Source: a virus
Taxonomy: Duplodnaviria; Caudoviricetes
Reading direction: 5' to 3' (one strand)
IMG/VR virus record: IMGVR_UViG_3300041402_000464
Span: 1 to 59,972 of that record
DNA length: 59,972 nt
The notes beneath the pieces were generated by a model that saw nothing but the letters and a program-made list of their open reading frames with translations, did not search any database and had not been told where the DNA came from. Position 1 is the first letter of the stretch. Each line of letters begins with the position of its first letter. Positions 57,201 to 59,972 of the stretch are shown here, piece by piece. The translations under genes were made by a program, and so were the position numbers.

Positions 57201-59972
57201 AGAACAAGGCAGGCGGCAGGCGGCAGAAGAAGTCCTTGCGAATATAGCACAGACAAATAGCGACCCCGGCATTATAAAGAAAGCAATCGCAGCTATACGG
57301 AATTGGCTGAGAAAGATGGGCTTTGATATTGAGTTATCTGATAGTGATATCCGCTCCATGATGGCCCAAGCCGCAGACTTTACCCGTGAAGGGAAGAAGC
57401 CATTGTCTATGACAGGCATGGTGGCATATGCAAAGAGAGCCCCTGCCCCTATATTCTTCTCCAAACTTCAGGAAACCATAGCCGACAAGATGCCTAGCAA
57501 GGCCCCCGTTGATACCGTGAGGGGTATTATTAGGGACGTTAAAGCCGAAGAGGTCAAGTGGTCCGGTATAGAGGATTATCTTGTTGATAAGAAAACAATA
57601 AAGAAAGATGAATTGCTTGCTTTTCTTCAGGCGAATGAGATACAGATTACGGAAGTATCGAAAGGTGATGTCACAATTAATATGGTATGGGATGGCAATG
57701 AACTGACTATCCCTGATGAGGGCATTACGCCATATTATATAGAACAAGATCCCTCCAGTGATTTATGGGATGTTTATAGTGTTGATGAAGGTGGCGTCGT
57801 TGCGACTGAAACCACAGAAGGTCGAGCAAAGGCTTCGGCGGAAGATTTAGCCAGAACTGAAACTGGTCTATTTGAAGATGAAATTGGGAAAACTAAATAC
57901 TCCCAATACACCCTCCCCGGCGGCGAGAACTACAAGGAGATGTTGCTGACATTGCCTTCGGCGGTACAAACAAAAGATGATATCGCACAATCAATTTTTA
58001 GGCTTAACTATGACCAGCTATTCCCAGGGCAAAAAGCTGATGTTGACGCAAAGATTCCAGCACCATTACCCGGCTTTGAAACCTCCCACTGGGACGAGCC
58101 AAACGTCTTTGCTCATATCCGCTTCAATGAAAGGACCGATGCCGAGGGCAATAAAGTCCTCTTCCTTGAGGAAGTTCAGAGTGATTGGGCGCTTGAGGCC
58201 AGGAAGAAGGGTATTGCCGGGGAAGTCCCTCAAGAACTGAAAGATAACTGGACTGAGGCAACAGAAGCCTTTGAAGCTGCCAGGAATGAATTGTATAAAA
58301 AATATGATATTAGCCCTACGTCAACAATGCCTTGGCCTACATTGTTACAAAAAGCAACAGAGGCAGAAACTAAACCTTTACTCGAACTCAGGGCCGAAAG
58401 AGACAAATTCGGTAGAGAGGTTGATACTTTTCTTCAGGGTGTACCCGCTGCCCCCTTCCTCACGGGCAATAAATGGACAGAGCTGGCCCTCAAGCGGATG
58501 CTCCGCTATGCCTCTGAGAATGGCTTTGACAAGGTTGCATGGATCTCCGGTCAGCAGACTGCGGATAGATATGATCTGAGTAAGGTCTTAGATAAAATAC
58601 TATATAGTCAAAATGAAGATGGCACTTATAACATACTTGGTTTAGAAAAAGGCCAAGAGATAGCGTCTATAGCTCATAAAAACCTATCAGACAGTGATTT
58701 AGAACGCTTTGTTGGTAAAGATGTAGCGACTAAAATAATAAAAGATGAGGGTACTAAAGCAGGGGAGCAAATTTTCAGGCAAGATGCAAGTGAACTCTCT
58801 GGCGAAGACCTCAAAGTAGGCGGCGAGTGGGCCTTTACTCTCTACGATAAAGTCATTCCTAACTTCCTGAAGAAATATGGTAAGAAGTGGGGGGCTAAGG
58901 TTGGGGAGAGTGAGATACCTATAGATAGAGATAAAGCTTTACTCACCTTTGATGAGAGGGAAAGGATGGAGGGGGAAGATATTACCCCTTCAATGACTCA
59001 GCAATCCATCGACATAACTCCCGAAATGAAAGAAGCCGTACTTGAAGGCAGACAGCCGATGTTTGCCCGTAAAGAAGTGGAGCCAGCTTTCCGTAGAGAT
59101 TATACCACTGCACAACAAGAAGCACTTGGAAAGATTGCTCCTGAGATAAAGAAGGAGACAGTAGCGGAAAAGTTGGCTGACTTGAAAGAAAACCTTGGCA
59201 TCAAGATAAAGCAATCAGTTGTCGATCAATACGCCTCTCTTAAAGAACTTACGAAGCATGGATATATGCTTGCGCGTATGAGTAATACGGCATCGGGGAA
59301 GTTGGAAGCTATCTTTAGGCATGGCAAGCTTAGGATGCTAAAAGATGGAGCCATAACTGTTGATACTACCGGTAAAGGGCTTGCCAATATACTTGCTCCT
59401 CTCGGCGGCGAGCTTAACGATTTCTTTGCATGGATCGCGGGGAACAGGGCCGAGGGTTTGGCAAAAGAAGATAGAGAAAGATTATTTGATAAAACGGATA
59501 TCGAAGCATTAAAGGCTCTCAATCAAGGCAAGATGGAAGATGGCAAAGCAAGGCCGATTGTATACGCACAGGTTCATAAGGAATTTAAAGACTTCCAGAA
59601 GTCCGTACTTGATGTTACGGAACAATCAGGTCTTATCAATAAAGAAGAAAGGGCAATCTGGGAGCAGAACTTTTACATACCCTTCTATCGTGTTTTGGAA
59701 GAACAGGCAGATACTCAGGGGCCTAAGACACTTGAATCTCTCACCGGACAGACGGCTATCAAACGTCTTAAAGGGGCAGATATAAAACTTAATGACCTGC
59801 TTTCAAACGTGCTGATGAATTGGAATCATCTTATTGGTGCATCATTAAAAAATAATGCGGCGAAAGTATCTCTCGATGCAGCCGTTGATATGAATGTGGC
59901 AACGCAGATAAAGGAATCAGAAAAGACGGCTAACTCTGTATTCGTGAGGGAAAACGGACGCAAGGTCTGGTA
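51241..59972 (+). CDS. Giant large polyvalent/ejection protein, continues through 1-1754 (3452 aa in total)
   Basis: GGAGG RBS + TTG; no closed ORF in this frame in the track, consistent with an open frame to the contig end; iPPase-like domain (~54270-54630), zincin HESLGH (57067-57084), EEVQSDW domain. Confidence 0.88.
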   Translation, partial: MKEVTDPNILSQLDAEEPAGKEVTDPAIISQLDAGTPTGKPVTDPNILSQLEAPSPELSEPNRLRAKYGFPPIEDVPAAIPEPGYDVLGGVADIGKLLYDIPIQTKGAIARLAEEEDPLATIDWRDRWVEEAGARTEKRIEELGEKGEEKVLPWVTRGDIAETSGSTGFSLASMAAGAAGAGAGFISPVPGGAAIGMLGASGAAAYKMDKTAFTADLFAATENALGRKMTPVERKELLEKTADARESHALWEAGPEAIGNLLSIVGVGQIFKAAGGKNVIKKIVKGLAGIYGGELTTETVTQIGQQRAEVAAGLSDEEARSFLSLEDIATSFKEIAPSVTVLSSLMAGGGAVAGGVSRQLKKKKEEAIPSPAPIEGQDTVDAAITEDIRKPTTDELVEEAYQRQQAARPAEAIPEKETDIQTLLREIKEAKAEEAAPGKRAKVQELVEEAHIKQQAIPTEAIDSQETVDEQIREDITREPTEEEGLEEIGPVEVFRVDNASGAKRDHFTFVGPNARAVAEREAAKLATAEGQPQKVYAVPPEEVFDKGGVKVGEWAPGADVYENKEKLDTAKFEAVTDAIQPMSDERIRSLNRLRAIKQSPEQAEAAAQRLGVDSSEIVTAAENIEKNGMPTNDIERALVNLAWADELTEQAQVEAPAPIEEAPIQAALPFAPEAEAVTPVAPEIEEIERPAGVFDDLFAEAKKPKAPKKVKAEIAAIPTKKPVKAEIVGEVYAGEKDGYKLYVDEAAGKRIIEHPSGSRLVETTKDGKKTVEVIGSADDFGKRTTVQELDDARELGVSLEARRPEADTGISKPTRDSSPADTKLFGDISNAEAIRVQGFKSLDRERQHMVVSSMVSALHEKKILDFIIETVPINVMNSLIGKKFSAKGLLDNPAMLTDRLAIPSNKAIPMPVIRFIDSLASSLKGGLTRLGAKKSSLIFPVTPSGAIVDTTISADQDPARPVTRLARLGAEELDLPRPDTTIPSTEAISTGRTHKDSQIHTSVINEQVVNVDINPTEAQKQAGNYLKGTLNIQGLNITIENPKGSERTGKEDGDTWTSKMHVDYGYIKESEGADGEHVDVYIGPNPESETAYAVHQIEPETGKYDEDKVMIGFDSQEEAEAAYRKQYDQGKKDKPNRIGAVTSIAIESLKEKIKADEVIGEEAIKQIEFKPEVVKEEVAAPTKEKVPAPPSLPLTQEGDILTKSGNPFKTRSAAITGIVANKKQDQGYVPIEVEGGWVARSEKVAPKLKIESIKAEHDGEPVTKTETKDILDDAKEEAKDEGITPAGQKTFLLSEIDDGLKEAPSESELEGVAPRDYGRVKIEVPGDGTFNIINTKEALTEFKSLVKKNFPGKEAAKKVAKRFVPPKPTAGKAKALKDVRQGIYEGKPYHTDGHVILLTKPALKPKQIDDSRWEDRPTIDASIIKDLIPKKGDKVTDIEFVAYEAGESQSISNLPIPDLREDKRFTGAPKARLISEKGEVYIGQDYYNYVLRHFPDATFHTTDEVSPVLVKDGKKTVGIVMPIRIEAAEVGVKEVRIPKEVPEAVMFSRAEADNIIQDKTETQVQINNQWFHKRMVEEQGYNFDDLKIGEETAFAQIEKKPPIITEASKVVPAELDTSEYSKIFKDSDSVQDHNAKVEIHETLMTGGLMTVDTLMNLRDLSENLEYDLERVGDKRYISEIIAEHEGEEIKDEIPTPPEDVFEAAKLSKGITDDIMEAGYVLPDGTLLDFSGKRDGGPAGERAEDHRQLGFDIIGDFSQFYSGEMIAFQKAGAARIDANSGMIDLEILPTTAQLSTIREVLEIKGEGYIDLQDGTRTTHLDIQNPSRAAGLIKRFYAGEDVGGKPVFKKKDFLGEGLPVEKIKEVPLKADIEAAVDIITTKWKNRDITTVSRMNQLPSHLHDAVIAAKGKKDVEGIFDPETGRVYLIAENIDSLERAKTVLFHESLGHFGIRGLLGKDITPVLNQVYIKYRAEAQKIATKYKFDLSKEQGRRQAAEEVLANIAQTNSDPGIIKKAIAAIRNWLRKMGFDIELSDSDIRSMMAQAADFTREGKKPLSMTGMVAYAKRAPAPIFFSKLQETIADKMPSKAPVDTVRGIIRDVKAEEVKWSGIEDYLVDKKTIKKDELLAFLQANEIQITEVSKGDVTINMVWDGNELTIPDEGITPYYIEQDPSSDLWDVYSVDEGGVVATETTEGRAKASAEDLARTETGLFEDEIGKTKYSQYTLPGGENYKEMLLTLPSAVQTKDDIAQSIFRLNYDQLFPGQKADVDAKIPAPLPGFETSHWDEPNVFAHIRFNERTDAEGNKVLFLEEVQSDWALEARKKGIAGEVPQELKDNWTEATEAFEAARNELYKKYDISPTSTMPWPTLLQKATEAETKPLLELRAERDKFGREVDTFLQGVPAAPFLTGNKWTELALKRMLRYASENGFDKVAWISGQQTADRYDLSKVLDKILYSQNEDGTYNILGLEKGQEIASIAHKNLSDSDLERFVGKDVATKIIKDEGTKAGEQIFRQDASELSGEDLKVGGEWAFTLYDKVIPNFLKKYGKKWGAKVGESEIPIDRDKALLTFDERERMEGEDITPSMTQQSIDITPEMKEAVLEGRQPMFARKEVEPAFRRDYTTAQQEALGKIAPEIKKETVAEKLADLKENLGIKIKQSVVDQYASLKELTKHGYMLARMSNTASGKLEAIFRHGKLRMLKDGAITVDTTGKGLANILAPLGGELNDFFAWIAGNRAEGLAKEDRERLFDKTDIEALKALNQGKMEDGKARPIVYAQVHKEFKDFQKSVLDVTEQSGLINKEERAIWEQNFYIPFYRVLEEQADTQGPKTLESLTGQTAIKRLKGADIKLNDLLSNVLMNWNHLIGASLKNNAAKVSLDAAVDMNVATQIKESEKTANSVFVRENGRKVW
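53635..54243 (-). CDS. HNH homing endonuclease nested antisense in the polyvalent gene
   Basis: Two CxxC...FFCxxxC Zn modules, EHRWVIEQSLGR...VHHIDGNGLNNKIENL, C-terminal HTH GLSIRNIAKQFGVGRTTIARRL. Confidence 0.85.
   Translation of the reverse strand: MNLRILVCSTCGNSFSRRNGRIRSGQIKFFCSKTCQSSYRSSRVLVCTNCGINYSTAWGYRENQTRFFCTKACKSTFERGRQRINKSDYRHRYRFVTRDGKPIGEHRWVIEQSLGRKLLSDEAVHHIDGNGLNNKIENLLLVKRGNHTRDHHMLPLPVERLKSLYSDGLSIRNIAKQFGVGRTTIARRLRDAGVSFRPPGFQ
59846..59972. repeat. Terminal direct repeat, copy of 1-127
   Basis: Exact match to window start. Confidence 0.97.

Noticed and set aside
50652-59522. Other minus-strand ORFs over the late genes (e.g. 50652-51311, 55522-56163)
   Set aside because: Shadow ORFs with no recognisable motifs, unlike the nested HNH.
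51241-59972. Large non-coding region or recoded stop codons
   Set aside because: The gap in the ORF track is one open frame running off the contig end; standard code gives dense coding elsewhere.

Overview
The window is a complete, circularly assembled dsDNA phage genome of 59,845 bp; nt 1-127 repeat nt 59846-59972, most likely an assembler overlap. The layout is podovirus-like: lysis genes (1.8-4.1 kb); early recombination and replication genes (Cro-like HTH, MazG, RecE/RecT, SSB, Rep with iterons, helicase-like ATPase); a leftward small-gene operon; TerS/TerL, portal, scaffold, major capsid, adaptor/nozzle and PKD/NHL appendage proteins; ejection proteins; and a ~3450-aa large polyvalent protein that wraps the contig ends and is mostly missing from the ORF track. 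I recognised no integrase, DNA polymerase, reverse transcriptase or CRISPR array. The main discovery is an integrase-less, integron-type gene-cassette array at 11.5-14.4 kb. It has eight canonical attC sites on the minus strand plus a terminal attI-like half site, and 7 of its 8 genes are inverted relative to attC so they read with the phage early operon; three of them start inside the attC loop. Other notable items: an intact HNH endonuclease nested antisense inside the still-open polyvalent gene; two twin-arginine mini-proteins carrying fragments of the capsid protein; a XerCD dif-like site next to DnaA boxes; a peptide deformylase homolog lacking its catalytic Glu; and several structured RNA candidates. 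All family assignments come from motif recognition by eye, not database searches.
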